Of a stretch of 64,000 nucleotides of DNA, positions 1 through 12,625 are shown one piece after another. Within the stretch, counting starts at the first letter, position 1. Each line of letters opens with the position of its first letter. Origin of the DNA: Dipteris shenzhenensis (Eukaryota); assembly GCA_047967505.1 (NCBI GenBank), contig CM106538.1. One strand, 5' to 3'. Below the pieces are notes generated by a model. That model was not told the origin of the DNA. It saw nothing but the letters and a program-made list of their open reading frames with translations, and ran no database searches. The position numbers and the translations under genes are program-made.

Positions 1-1900
1 GCACAACGCCTTCTAGCTGCCATGAATGTATACCTTGTTACAAAGTATTCTATGTCTAAAGCCCACAATGTGCTTGGGGGTTGTAGAGGATATGGCCTTC
101 CTCATCCATAGGCAGCAACTCTGAGAGAATATGTGCGTTCTGGCCCACATGGTTTTGGCAATGATACATGGAACACATTATGGATCTCGGAGGAGGGTGG
201 TAGTTCCAATTGATAAGCTACTTCTCTAACCCTACGGGCCATAGCTAGTTTACTGTGGGTGTACTCCTCAGAGAGAGGTATCGATTTTGGTGGAGATGGT
301 ATCGATTTTGGTGGAGATGGTGGAGATGGGTGTACCCCTCGGAGAGAGGTATCGATTTTGGTGTACCCCTCGGAGAGAGGTATCGATTTTGGTAGATGCA
401 CAAAATCCCGTTTTGAAAACCAGGTACCTCCTATGTTCGTTCGCATAGTTTTCCACTTGGCTTGGGCTTCTTAGCCGATTGCAAAAGAGCCTCCCTTTCC
501 AAGTCATGTCGTGTCTGAAATTGTGGAAAGCATTCTTACTTTGCATCCCTACATTGCTTCGAATGTGTTCATCCAATAGATAAATGCTTGAATTATAAAC
601 AACTCTTGCCAAAGTGACTCTTAAATTTTGCACCTGGCAATCTGAGACGCTGAATACCATGTCTTGGTAGGGATGAGCCTATCAACCACAACATAGATGC
701 TGTCCCATCCTCTGTCTGGGATGAAGTCCATAGCTGTGTGTGCACATTTTCCTTCTGGAATGGGCAATGGCTGCAACAACCCAGCTGGAAGTTTGCTGTC
801 AACCTTATTGTTGGCATGGCAAGCACTCGGTAACATATTGCACCACACCTTTCCAACGACCCTCCCAAAACAAACTCTGTTTTATCCTTTTACAAGTCTT
901 TGTGATGCTCGTATGTCCTACCATAGGGGATGAATGCATTTCCCTCAAACACCAACATTCTATAGTGCGATTTGGAAACAAAATCCTGAAACCATAACAA
1001 GTAATTGTTCAATTTAAATTCAGGATGATCATCACGTGGGGGTCCAGAATATTGTTTTTGGCCTCAAATTCTGCATCTACTCATCTTGAATGCCATCTAT
1101 CAAGTCCTGGTAAAGAGTGATGACAACAGACAATGTGAGGCATCTACAAACACAATTTCTTTTCATTTCTTATATTCAATGTCAAAGTCGTATGAGTGCA
1201 CTGAAGCCAATCACCTCTATTGCTTGGCTAAATGGGCTAAGAAAGAAAATATTTAAGTGTCATGTGATTAATCTTGACTTTGATCCCTGCTGCCATATAG
1301 TAAAGATGTCACTTTTGAAAGCATGTAGAATTGCCAACATCTCTTGGTCATAAACATGGTAAGTCAGCTCTTTGTCATTATACTTTCTGCTTTCAAAAGT
1401 TCACACCCCATGCTTTTGCCTTCAAACAGTCTCCAATCCTGTGTCACTGGCATTTGCCTCCAGAATAAACAACCATGAAAATCAGGGCATACCAACACAA
1501 GGGCATGAGTCAAATCGAATTCCAGAAAACCAGCCTCTGTGCCTCCATTGACAGGGGCTGTCCGTTTGGCAAACTGATGTATTGAATGCCTGGAAAAGGA
1601 GGCAACTCAGCTCGTAGTTGTGGCCATTCCCTTACACATTTCAACTTTGAATGGGTCCACTTGAATCCCACTCCTCCCCACAATGCGCCCAAGGTATTCA
1701 ACCTCTTCTGCCGCCTTGGCGAAGAGCTGATGCAGCTTCAAAATTTCGAGCACTTCCCTAACATGTTCAATGTGCTCCAATCTGCTTTTTTTTTAAATGA
1801 GGATGTCATTAAAAAAACCAGCGTGCAACAGAATAGAATTGGCTGCAATATCTTGTTCATCAGTGCCTAAACGTAGCCAGTGCAAGTCTGGGAGTCTAGA
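1..1900 (-). mobile_element. Degenerate Ty3/gypsy pol remnant (RT, RNase H, integrase, C-terminal region)
   Basis: Minus-strand fragments LLQPLPIPEGKC..AMDFI..DSIYVVVDRL (621-848), AYQLELPPSSEIHNVFHVS (102-446) and RT-like EHIEHVREVLEILKLHQLFAK..EVEYLG (~1690-1790); many frameshifts. Confidence 0.85.
257..392. repeat. Short tandem array (gtgtacccctcggagagaggtatcgattttg / gtggagatg units) inside the gypsy remnant
   Basis: Four GGTATCGATTTTGGT cores read directly. Confidence 0.85.
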
Positions 1901-1944
1901 CCCAAGATCCAGGTCTAGGATCCCAAAGTCAGAAGTGTTGGTGT

Positions 1945-4033
1945 CACAGTTATGCTGAAACGTGTTTCCCACCATTTTCCCCCCAAAATGCCGTTTCAAA
2001 ACCTGTGTTTCTGTCTGGAAACGTTTCCCCAGACAGAAACAGCTGGAGAGATGTTTCGTGAAACCTTTTCCTAGGGGGAAACACACCGTTTCCCCCTGGT
2101 CTACACTCCAAAATCCTGAATCATCTCCATGCCTTACCTCCTTCAGCCCTCCTTCCACTCCTTCGGGATCTTCAGCCCTCCTTCAGCCTCCACTCCTTCA
2201 GCTCTCTCCTTCAGCCCTCCTTCAAAGTTCAGCCTCCACTCCTTCAGCCCAGTCTTTCAGCCCTCCTTCAGCCCCCTCTTTGAGCCCTCTATCAGAGCTC
2301 TCTTCCACTCCTTCAGCCCTCTCTTTCTACGTGTGGCCAATAAGTACGAGCCCGAGGGGGAAGCATCACAGACATGGAGGGAAGCACATTAGGGCTCTTG
2401 TACGAGTTTATGGACAAGATTGGAGAGGCCCTCAACAGAAACACTTCCCTATCGCCTGATAAGTAAGACTATGTATGTACTATTATCTATAGTCTATGAA
2501 TTTTGCATGCATAATGCATTCTAATTTCTTGTGGCATGATTTAGGGTTGAGTCCATCCGTGCTATATGGAATAAGCGGTGGAATTGGTTCCACCGCCCAA
2601 TCCATGCGGTGGCACATGTATTGCATCCGCTCTGGCGCAGTCAAGAGCAATATGAGAATGACGAGTTGGAGGAGGGGATGCAACAGTATCTACCAAATTG
2701 GACGGGTGGTGACTTGGAGATGCAACGAAGACTGGAGGATGAACTTCTATTGTTCCGCAATCACAGCCTCTCCTTTGGTTGACCTACGGCTAGGCTCCGA
2801 GAGACACAGTTGCAACCTGTCTCCTGGTGGGAGAAATATGGCAACTGTACTCCTACTTTGGTAAGAGTCTAAGAGACAAGTTCCAACGCCACTAGTTGGA
2901 GCTTAGTCGTTAAGTAATTTGAACTTTTATCTACTACAAATATGTTTAAAGCTATCAAGTTCCTGATACTTATCTCGGCTTAATTGGCTTATGGCAGAAA
3001 CGCCTTGCTATACGTGTTCTCTCACAGGACTGCAGTTCCGGTCCTTGTGAGAGGAACTGGAGCACTTGGGCCCTCTTTCACACAAAGAAGAGGAACAGAT
3101 TGAGCACGGCTCAATTGGAGCGGTTGATGTTTTGTCATTGCAACCTCCGTCTCCTTGAGTTCACCGCCGGCTGCCCCGAACCTCGCCAAGTGAATGTAGA
3201 CAAGGTGGACGTGGAGAAGATGGATGTCATACCAGATATCCCACGGGAGGAGCTGGACATATACACCATGTTGTATGAGGAGCTGTCAGCACCAACACAC
3301 CACACACGATCATACACTCAACCATCTGGAGATGGTGCTAGTACTTTAGTTGCACCCGATGGTCCTGATCCTGATGTTGATGATTCTTCTTCAGACAGTG
3401 ACACAGATGCCTCGAACTTATCTGAGGACGCAGAGGATGACGATGACGAGGAGCCCATGGATGATGCAGATGATCAATAGTCCTACTGCTTTTTTTTATA
3501 TCATCCATGAGTGCTTTTATTTTGAGTCTTGCATATCTCATGAGTCATGAGTCATGAATCATGATCATGAAATTTGTGGACCATGAATCATGATCATCTA
3601 TGGAGTCTGGACATTGAATACTTTCAAGTTTCAAGTTTCAAGTTTCAAGTTTCAACTTGTGTGCTAAGTTTAAACTTTTAAGTACTTCAAACTTCTAAAT
3701 TTCAGATTCTTGTAATGCCAAACTTGTTAGTCATGACTCATGATACATGTTGATTTCAGATTATTGAAGCATCATTCAAGAATTTAGAATCATAGAGGCA
3801 TGAATCATGAATGATGCATTGATGCTTGAAGGCTGAAGCCTGAAGCTTCAGCCTTCAAGTATAGATAATTGTAATTTATATTATGTATGATTTGCACTCT
3901 ATTGATAGTTATATTATGTATAAAAAATAAATTTTTATACATAAATTGTATCATATTGCCGTTTCTTCCGTTTCCGTTTCGGCGGAACCCGGAAACTCCG
4001 TTTCTTCCGTTTCCGTTTCGGCTGATAACTATG
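1945..4033 (+). mobile_element. Internally deleted hAT DNA transposon (C-terminal transposase with dimerisation domain)
   Basis: Imperfect TIRs CACAGTTATG..CTGAAAC (1945) and GTTTCGGCTGATAACTATG (ends 4033). Subterminal ccgtttc repeats at 3955-4020. Coding remnants RWNWFHRPIHAVAHVLHP..PVSWWEKYG, intron 2861-2997, then RLAIRVLSQDCSSGPCERNWS..HTKKRNRLSTAQLERL. Confidence 0.85.
2138..2325. repeat. Pyrimidine-rich ttcagccctc/ccactcc tandem repeats within the hAT element
   Basis: Repeated cttcagccctc units read directly. Confidence 0.8.
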
Positions 4034-4039
4034 CGTGGA

Positions 4040-4490
4040 AGGTCGCCCATATGAAGGGTCTCTCTAGCCAGGACCCTGGGAATGGTTGCTTGTAGGTAGA
4101 GAACTCAGCCCTCCAAGAGTTTGGGCAGAAAGGGGCAAAATGGAGAGGAAGGTGAAGAAGAAGAAGAAGATGACATGGCATAAATGGGCTCAAGGAGGAT
4201 CATAGTGCTCTTATACCATGTTGAGGAAGTGAAAGGAAAGCATGAAGCTGAACACAAATGAGAGAATGCTTGCTTGCTTATGGAATAAAGAAAGGTGAGG
4301 TCCATATGTAGGCACCTCTACATGAGCCACCAAGCTCCACAATCATCTCCTCAATCAGCTCCTAGAATCTCTCAATCATCCTATGTGGCATCTACCACCA
4401 CCTAACAATGCTTATGGGCACCTAACTGCGCCTCTAGCACACACACATAGAACCCAAGGTGTGCCTGAGGCATACACCTTGAGATATCCC
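4040..4490 (-). mobile_element. Copia-type leader/LTR-adjacent fragment
   Basis: Reverse complement of ~4080-4103 (gttctctacctacaagcaaccattc) matches the post-PBS leader of the copia at ~41330. Confidence 0.5.
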
Positions 4491-4499
4491 ATCAACCCG

Positions 4500-7400
4500 G
4501 CCTTATGTTTTTAGAGGCCGATGCAAGTGATTTTGCGATTGGGGCAGCTTTATTCCAAGAGAGCAGACCTGTAGCTTTTGAGAGTAAGAAGCTCGACGAC
4601 ACCCAATATCGTTGGCCCACACTAGAAAAAGAACTCTATGCAGTTGTGTATGCTCTGACGGTTTGGAGACACTACTTGTATGATTCGAAGTTTCTTGTAT
4701 TGACCAATCATTAGTCAATCAAGTATGTGTGTGACGGATCAGAATTGAGGGGAAGAAAGGCTAGATGGGCAGACTTAATGCAAAATTTTGTATCGAAAGG
4801 GTTCCATGAATAGTGTGGCGGATGCCTTAAGTCGTGTCAAGTTTGTAAATGCTATGTCATTTACGAAAATATCCTCAGACCTATTTCAATCCTTGAGAGG
4901 GCCTTGCAAAACTGATAGTCATTTCAGTTCTTATTGGCAGAAAGTCCAGGATGGAAGCTCCATGGTTGACCAGGACTCATGGATTGTGCCACCTATGGTA
5001 TAGGCGGCTGGAGGTCAGTGGATGATTAGGAATGGCTTGTTGTTCCGGAATGGAAAGATATATGTGCCAGATATTTCGGATCTTTGATCCAAGATTCTCT
5101 GGGAGTGTCATGATGCTCCTAGTGCTGGAAGTATACATCGGACTCTATCTCTTGTGAAACATACCTTGTATTGACCTAAGATGCATGCATTTATTGAAAA
5201 CTATGTGGTAGGTTGCCGGGTTTGTCAAGTTACTAAGGCAGAACGCCTTAGAAGCACGGGTTTATTACAGCCCTTGCAAATCTCGGGTAATAAATGGGAA
5301 AGTATTTCCATGGATTTTATTACAGGTTTGCCTAGAACGCGCAAGGGTCATGACTCCATTTGGGTTATAGTGGACCGTCTGACAAAAATGGCTAGATTCT
5401 TACCTACTAGAACAACCATTTCAGCTGTTTAGCTGGCTCATGAGTTTGTGGACCACTTGTTTAAGTTGTATGGTTTACCACCTGACATACTCAGCGACAA
5501 GGACTCGAAGTTTACAAGTAACTTCTAGACACTTGTTTTTGAGAAGTTGGAAACTACTCTAAGTATGAGTTCCTCAGATCATGCACAATCTGATGGCAGT
5601 ACAGACAAGGTCAACCAATTGGTTGAAGATATGCTTCGGGCATATGTTTCTAAGAGACAGTCTTCATGGGAAGATTATCTTCCCATGATCGAATTTTCTT
5701 ATAACAGTGCAAAGCATTCGAGTACTGGTTACAGTCCTTTTATACTTATGTTCGGGTTTCAACCTAAGTCACCAGTTATGGTTGGGTTCAAGGTAATTCA
5801 AAATTATGCTGCAAAGACATTCTTGCAAGACATGCAAGAAATGTTACAATTTGCCAAGGAGTCTATTAGAAGTGCCCACGATCAAGACAGATTTTATGCT
5901 AATAGACATCGTTCACCCAGAGAGGTCTCTGAAGGAACAATGGTATATTTGCGTATTCCTAAGGAATCCAAGAGCCTAAGTACTCGTTTGGTTCCAAAAT
6001 TATCCCCCCTAGCTACTGTGGTCCTTTCAAGATTATTAAAAGAATTGGACCACTTGCATATAAACTAGAATTGCCTCCTGATGTAAAGGCACATCCAGCA
6101 TTTCATGTCAGTAGACTGAAAGAGTTACTGGGTGCGGATGATGAACTTGTTTCTCCTCAAGAAATAGTAGAAGTTACCAATTTGACTTTTATTCCACACA
6201 AACCTAAGTGTATTCTTGATTTTGTGGGAGACAAATTCGTAATAGAACTATCACGGAATACAAGATCAAGTGGAACGATCATGTTGAGGAGGATGCAACA
6301 TGGGAGACATTACAGAACCTCCAGAGGACATCCCTAGGTTTTTTAGCGAACTCAGGAGTGAATTCTTAGAGGAGGGAAAGTATGTCATGTGCACGGATTG
6401 GTATCTGACGTGTACTGGGTACACAAGACTAGCTCAAGTAGCCTGGGGAGGCTTAGGGCTAGGCAGGCTTGCTTCTCGGGTCGAGTAGCAAGGGTACGAA
6501 CCAATTAGAGGTCTTCACTATTTTTGGTGCATGGGGCAAAAGTCTATTTAAGGGGCCCAGAGGTTCAGTTCTCAGAGAGCCGATGGGAGCAAGTCTCGTT
6601 CCCAGGTACTAGGTCTGATCCTGGATTGAGTCGCGGACACGCCCTGCATCATAGCGTAGCCCAAGGCACAACAGTAGATCCCAGGCTTCACAACGCCACC
6701 TGATGGTATGGGACACCAAGCTGGTTAGGATCTGGTTGGGAGTTTGTGCCAGTAGCTCAGCTCGTGGCTCGGAGGGGACATCTCCTGATTCGGGATCGCA
6801 TCCCGTAGATGTCATGGTTGGATGGTAAGCAGCCTGCTTAGATTCCTCATGGTTGGTGTGTTCTTGTGTTTGCTTGCAGATCAGAGGTTTTAGAAGTGTT
6901 GGAGTCGTGTCAATTGGCACAGTCAATGTGGAATGCCATAGCCTTGCTTGGCAGTTGAGCTACTGTGCACTAGAATTGGATGCAGGTTGTAGCCAATGTT
7001 CGACTTGGACAGCGGAATTGATAGTGAAGAAAAGTACAAGGGTGAGCCCTTCTGGGATGGAAGCTTTCTCTCATGTTTTTCCCTGAACCTACAAGTTGGT
7101 TGCTAGGTCTAGGGCTGTGTGTCAGCGTTGGACAGTTTCAGTGTATGGAATTCACTACCACTTTGTACATGGAGGATCTCCTTCTGTACTCTAGTCAGCT
7201 ATAATATCCACAACTGGACAGCAAAGGATTGGCATGGGTAATAGCCTGGGTAGAGCTGTGTGGCAGTTGTTTTCTGTGCCAAAGGGATTGATGCTGGACA
7301 GTGCCTAGTTTGTTTATGTGGATTCCTTGAGCAGCTTGTCAGAGAATGATTGCTGCTTTGGATGTCAGCTTGCCAGAGAATTTGTTTTGCTTCTGGTTGC

Positions 7401-8004
7401 CGGTTTGGCCATGGATTATGCTCTTGGATATGTGCTGGATTTTGGATGCCTTGTGCTATGGAATTATGCATTGAGGCTGGATGCCTTTGTAAGCCAAGGA
7501 TTGGCTTGTGTTGCAAGTTGTTAAATGCCTGCCAGGATAAGATTCGTTTGGCTAGTTCTAGATAAGTGCAAGGTAGTATTTTTTGTCTTCTAAATAAATT
7601 CAAGAAATACTGAAAGGGGCGCCAACGATTTTGGGGCAAATCTAGTGCCGCACTCAAGGACAATCTAGCTCCTGAATATTGTTTCAGTAGGTGCTTGGCT
7701 TTGCTGGGTATATTTCTAAGTGGCTGTAATAAGTATTGAAGTGGCTGTAATGGATAACTAATGGCTGTAATTGAAATGTATGCAAGTTAGTTATGGTTTA
7801 CTGCCCTTTAGGAAACTGAAGGCTGGTCTCTGAGCACAGTCTATTTGCTAGTCTGCTAGTCTGCACATACACATGAATGTTGTGAAATGTGCACACTTGA
7901 TGAAGCTTGACTCCATAGTGAGACACCTCCGCGTGTAATTCCTGGGCTAAACTATCAGTCTTCCGCTGTGGGATACCCTCTGGAGAGATTTCACTTTTCT
8001 AACA
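4500..8004 (+). mobile_element. 5'-truncated Ty3/gypsy (chromovirus-like): RNase H, integrase, chromodomain remnant, PPT and 3' LTR
   Basis: EADASDFAIGAALFQ..EKELYAVV; LLQPLQI..WESISMDFITGLP..VIVDRLTK; HPAFHVSRLK; YKIKWNDH..EDATWE-like chromodomain. PPT agaggagggaaag at ~6368-6380; LTR starts TG at 6383 and probably ends ..ctaaCA near 8004. Confidence 0.88.
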
Positions 8005-8522
8005 CCACCTCCTTTGCAACCTGCCAACTGTCAGTCATGCAAATTAACTTTGACAGGCTGCCACCTCCCACAACAAACATTGGTTCTAAGCCCTGCCCAC
8101 ACACACAGGATCCCCTTGCCTATTTCCATATGTGATGTGTAGCTTTGATACCACTTTAGAGGCCCAAGTGGCCATGTGTTATGTAAAGGGGGATGCAAGG
8201 TAAACCTGTTGCCATGTGTCAAGACTGTGCCCTACGAGGGGGCCACCTAGCCATCTTCTACATGCTCCTGTGCCTTGTAGAAGGGAAGGCCCCAAGGTAT
8301 TGGGGGGAGAGGGCATTTATCCCCTTATATCTTAGTCATCTATCATTCAACATATGCATTTCACCCTCATATGGTACTTAGCGCCTTCAAGAGGACCTTA
8401 GCCCCATATATTCACATCATCTTTTAGTCATCAGGACTTCCAAGGAAAGGGGGGAGGTCTATGCCTCGACATAAGAGTTATGTACAAATTATCCAGAACA
8501 AAGGACATCTTTGGCGTCTACA
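8005..8522 (-). mobile_element. LTR plus PBS fragment of another LTR retrotransposon
   Basis: agctttgatacca at 8141-8153 is the reverse complement of a tRNA-Met PBS. Adjacent ~365 bp LTR has inverted-like termini (tttagaggcc..ggcgtctaca). Confidence 0.7.
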
Positions 8523-8949
8523 ACGTTTGTGCAATTCTTTTCCTTGATTTTCAGATTTCAGTCAACAAAAATCTTTAAACTTTGCATCTGTATCTATAAT
8601 TAAAAACTTGTGAAACAAGATTTCCTATTCCAAGTTCAAATTTTCCAAAAAACTATTTGAGGTCTTCTACACTCCGAGAGGAGTTTCAAAACTGTATGAC
8701 TACTAACAACTCCCTCTAAATCGTTCAAAATCCCACTAAATCTATTGGAACATCAGCCTCTCTCAACAGGTTTATCCAAAGTAGGTAACATGGCCACTCA
8801 ACGGCTTTGAGACATCAGTTAGAGAACCGCATGAATCCAGATTTCTTAGGATTTTCATGAAAATTTCAAGCCATAGAGAGATAAGGAAGACTTAGGTTGC
8901 AAATGAATCCATGGGACTTAGGTTTGCAAATGAACCCATAAGAGTGATA

Positions 8950-8953
<4 letters not shown>

Positions 8954-8992
<39 letters not shown>
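8954..8992. repeat. (CT)n microsatellite
   Basis: Direct reading. Confidence 0.95.
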
Positions 8993-8994
<2 letters not shown>

Positions 8995-9252
8995 CTCCCC
9001 CTCTGCCTAACCTAGCCTACTCCGCCTACTACAGCAGCGTAAACAGGGCCAACGTGCAGCAGCAGTAGCACCTCCGTTGCCGCCCTAGCTGCCCTAGTTC
9101 CGCCTTCGTCAACAACAGCACCACTCCCGTCCCCCATCGTCAGCAACACCACCACTGCCAGGAGTTCCAGCCGCCGCCAGTACCCTAACCCCGAGCTGAG
9201 CTGAACCCCCAGCCCAGTTGAGGGGTTAGCTCAGCCAGGGGGTAGCAGCAGA

Positions 9253-9900
9253 TATGGCCAGCATTCAGGTTCTTGAGGGACCTGGCAAGCAGGCAGTAAT
9301 TGATGAGCCTGTAAAATCTTGCAAGGCTTCCCCCCCCACCCCCCAGCTAGTCTCTACAGTCAAAGATCTAGTTGACACTGAAGTACAGACCGCTTAGAAG
9401 GAAGTGATTGTGGAAGTGGACACCAAAGCAAGTAAGAATGATATTCAAGCAGAGATTAAAGAACATGAAGCTAGACATAATAACGCGCTGAAGATCAGAA
9501 TAGGGGACTCCCAGAAGATTGGTTCAAAGAGGAGGACACATATATTGAAATATTGACAAGGATCAAAGCAGCCTTGCCCAACATTGAATGAATGGATGGT
9601 GATGAGGAGGATGATGATGATTCCAGGCCAGCTTCTATTGAACAATCTAAAAGTCATGCCATCCTTACATTGAAGTCAAAAGATATGCGGATCAAGCTCC
9701 TCCGACAATATTACAAGCTGAAGGATACCAAAGTATGGATAGCTGAGGAGCTTACACAAGCTCAACTCAAGAATAAGGCAAATGAATTAGCTAAAGTCAG
9801 GGCTGCCAGAAAGGATGGATAATGGGCAGTTTACCATGAAGGCATAGCATTAATCAAAGAGTTTAAAACAAACCAAAAGACTCTCAATCTTAAACTAATG
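9253..9900 (+). pseudogene. LINE ORF1-like remnant
   Basis: RIKLLRQYYKLKDTKVWIAEELT..ELAKVRAARKDG*WAV resembles the LINE ORF1 C-terminal LKGTKIWISEDLT pattern; in-frame stops present. Confidence 0.55.
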
Positions 9901-10184
9901 TATGGCTGATTACTCTTTCAGACTATTATGTAGGTACTCTAAATAAATTGGGGTTGCTTTTGCACTCCCTAGGAGCTGCCATGTGCCCTCCCTAAAGCAA
10001 ATGTACTAGATGGTTTCTTGTTGTCCCATAGACCTATTGGTCTCCCATGGACATTGATAGACTGACTTTCTTTATTGATTTCTCTCTCTCTCTCTCTCAG
10101 TTTTGGTATCTCAAAATCACATCCTTTCAAGGCGATTTGCAACGCTTAAGAAACGTACTTTAACCAGCCGAATTGATGTGATAA

Positions 10185-10450
10185 CAGGATCGTGACACGA
10201 CCAATATGGTTCTGCTCCTTACCAGATAAAAATCAGGAGTGATATCAGAAGTAAAGGACGTCTTAAAATTAGGGCAATTCACAATCTACGAGCCTTAACG
10301 TACTTTACCCAGAAGGATCGACGTGACAGCAGCCCAAAAGAAAATCTTTAGACGACCAACATGGTTCTGCTCCTTACCAGATAAACAATCAGGAGTGAGA
10401 TCTAAAGTAAAAGACGTCTTACAATTAGGATTATTCACACTCCACGAGCC
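10185..10450. repeat. Diverged tandem duplication of ~100 bp
   Basis: acgaccaa(t/c)atggttctgctccttaccagataaa..gacgtctta..acgagcc at ~10196-10294 and ~10352-10450. Confidence 0.85.
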
Positions 10451-10601
10451 GTAATGGTGGTCATTCTCCACGAGGCTTAATGGTGGTAATGAACGTGCTC
10501 CCTTAGAGCTAAATAGAACAGGGCTTAGGGTCTCGCAAGAAACACTACCCTCACAAGGAACATTAAAATAAGGAGTTAGGAAAAAATTCAGTGTAAAATA
10601 C

Positions 10602-11093
10602 CTGCATAAGGTAGAAAGACTCCGCAGCATGCTTCTTCGCCTGATGTTTCATCTCATTCACCACCTCCCATTCGGGATCGCCAGGCTTCACCCATTTGCA
10701 GACGGGCTTTGAGTTGTTTTGTTTGCGAGGTCTCTCGGCGAACATAGTAACCGCAGCGGGTATAGCAGTCACAGGCCGTGGCACTCCCTTTATCATCAAA
10801 GGATGCTCCTGAATCTCTTTCACAGCACGAGTGGCTTCTTTAGGACTACCCATCTCCACAATAACACGTCTAGCGGCGAACTTAGAATCGAGAGGATTGG
10901 AAAGAATCTCCACCGACACAACGGCGCCAAACTGCCCCATAGCGGTCTGGATCATGGGGACAGTAACATGGGGAGTAACGTCGTCAAGCAAGAGACATCG
11001 TTTCACCTTTTCTTGGAATTTCTCGAGCTCAATGGCGCTGTTGGAAGGAGGGGAGCGGAGTTCTGAGGAGGAAGGCTCGGCAGAGAAACCCAT
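10602..11093 (-). CDS. AIPP1: Exon 1 of an RRM protein, ASI1-immunoprecipitated protein 1 (AIPP1/EDM3)-like
   Basis: FQEKVKRCLLLDDVTPHVT..AMGQFGAV..VEM..PLMIKGVPRPV..MFAERP..W..DP....KKHAAE matches the AIPP1 family pattern. Phase-0 donor CAG|GTATTT at 10602/10601 after 164 codons. No exon 2 recognised in the window. Confidence 0.82.
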
Positions 11094-11499
11094 GTCTCTA
11101 AATGCTCTTCTCTCCCTTCTTCTGTTTGGTAAATTACAGTCCCGAATAGTATGCGAGCTGTCTGAGCCTGTCTCTGCAATTCTTCTTTTATCTCACCATC
11201 TCCTCATGCCTTCGGATCGAGTGTAGCATACGTTTATTTGCCTTGTCCTTTGTTCATGCCTTTTCCATGCTACATTTTCCAAAGCAATTGATTTTGGGAA
11301 AGCCAAGTGGCAACGCCACTTAGATGAATTGTATTCACCTATTAGTCAATTTGTGCCCCCCTTGCCAATGAATAGGTCCCCCCCTCGATAGGACACACTT
11401 TCATTAATTGATTTGTTGGGGTGGGGGGCCTCCCTGCTCAATTAACCTAAGGTTTTTGTGATTTAATTAACGTGAGGGGAAGGGCTACAATTTAATTGA

Positions 11500-12245
11500 G
11501 GGAGGGGACTATGAGAAGCCACCGAATCCAGAATGTTTTGCGCCCAGTATAAGAGGAGAAGGGAGGCGGTAGAGGGCAGCAAATCCAGAAAGGGGGGCTA
11601 TGAAGCCCTCCCCAATACAAGGAAGGAGGGGGAGAGAGGAGTGGGAAGGAGGAAGGAGGGAGTGGGAAGGAGAGGGGAGGAGGAAGGAGGACGAACAGTG
11701 GGAAGGAGGCCGGGGAGCAAGGAGGATGAGTGAGCGGAGGAGGGGAAGCTGAGGAGGAAGGAGGGAGCTGAGCGGAAAGGAGGAAGGAGAGAGAAATGAG
11801 GAAGGAGGGGAGGAAGGAGGAAGCTGAGGAGGAAGGAGGAAGAAGAAGCGATGAGGAGGAGATTAATCGAAGGAGGGGATGGGAGGAAGCGAGGGAGCAA
11901 GAGATTAATCGTGGCGGAGAGGGAAGCTTTTTCTTAACAAAAATTAAGGACACAAGGTTAGAACTCTAGAAGGTTCTTGGTTCACGAAAATTCCAACTGC
12001 CTCAATCGTTGACATAAAGCTGCCTCTGTTGAGGGAGAAAGGTTGAGGGGGGGAGACAAAGGAGGTAGGACTGAGCGAGGAAGTGGGAGAGGGGGGAATT
12101 TGAGCAGAGAGAGAAGGAGGTGAACGAAGGGAGAGAGGGGAGGGAGAGGGAGGAAGGAGAGGAGGGGGGAGGTTGAGGGAGGCAGAAGCGAGACAGAGGA
12201 AAGGGGGAAGGGGAGCGGCTCAACGATGGAGGGGGAGAGAGAAAT
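11500..12245. repeat. GA-rich low-complexity tract (probable transposon subterminal region)
   Basis: Nearly pure purine runs on the + strand; similar tracts at ~36960-37210 and ~54110-54600. Confidence 0.75.
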
Positions 12246-12437
12246 ACATGAGTGTTAGGTAAATATTTACCGCTGAGAAAGGTTGCAAACACTCCTCAGC
12301 AATTTACTCCTCAGGTGCTTACTCCTTAAGTGCCGGTGGGAAGCTCCACTGCTTCCAAAAATGTCATGGGAATTTCATTCGAAAAATTATGAACAATCTC
12401 CAACTGCTATAGAGCTTGCTAGGCTAATAAAGCACTT

Positions 12438-12625
12438 TTATTAGCACTGTCTTGCCTAGGCCAGTGCTTGTAGTGATCATTTGATAGGGATTCGTGCGAA
12501 TTTCCATGTCATTCTTTTTTCCCAAAATTATTATTAGCACTACCTGCGTAGGGCAATGCTTCATTGATCAGGTGATAGGGATTCGTGCAAATTTCCATGT
12601 CATTCTTTTTTTCTAGAATTATGAT
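12438..12625. repeat. Tandem duplication of ~93 bp
   Basis: tattagcact..tgatagggattcgtgc(g/a)aatttccatgtcattctttttt occurs twice. Confidence 0.85.

Noticed and set aside
1962-2459. 165-aa Ser/Pro-rich ORF
   Set aside because: Mostly translation of the hAT subterminal tandem repeats.
11492-12292. Pro/Ser/Leu-rich or Gly/Glu/Arg-rich ORFs (also 36857-37301, 54192-54764, 60972-61574)
   Set aside because: Artefacts of low-complexity purine/pyrimidine tracts lacking stop codons.
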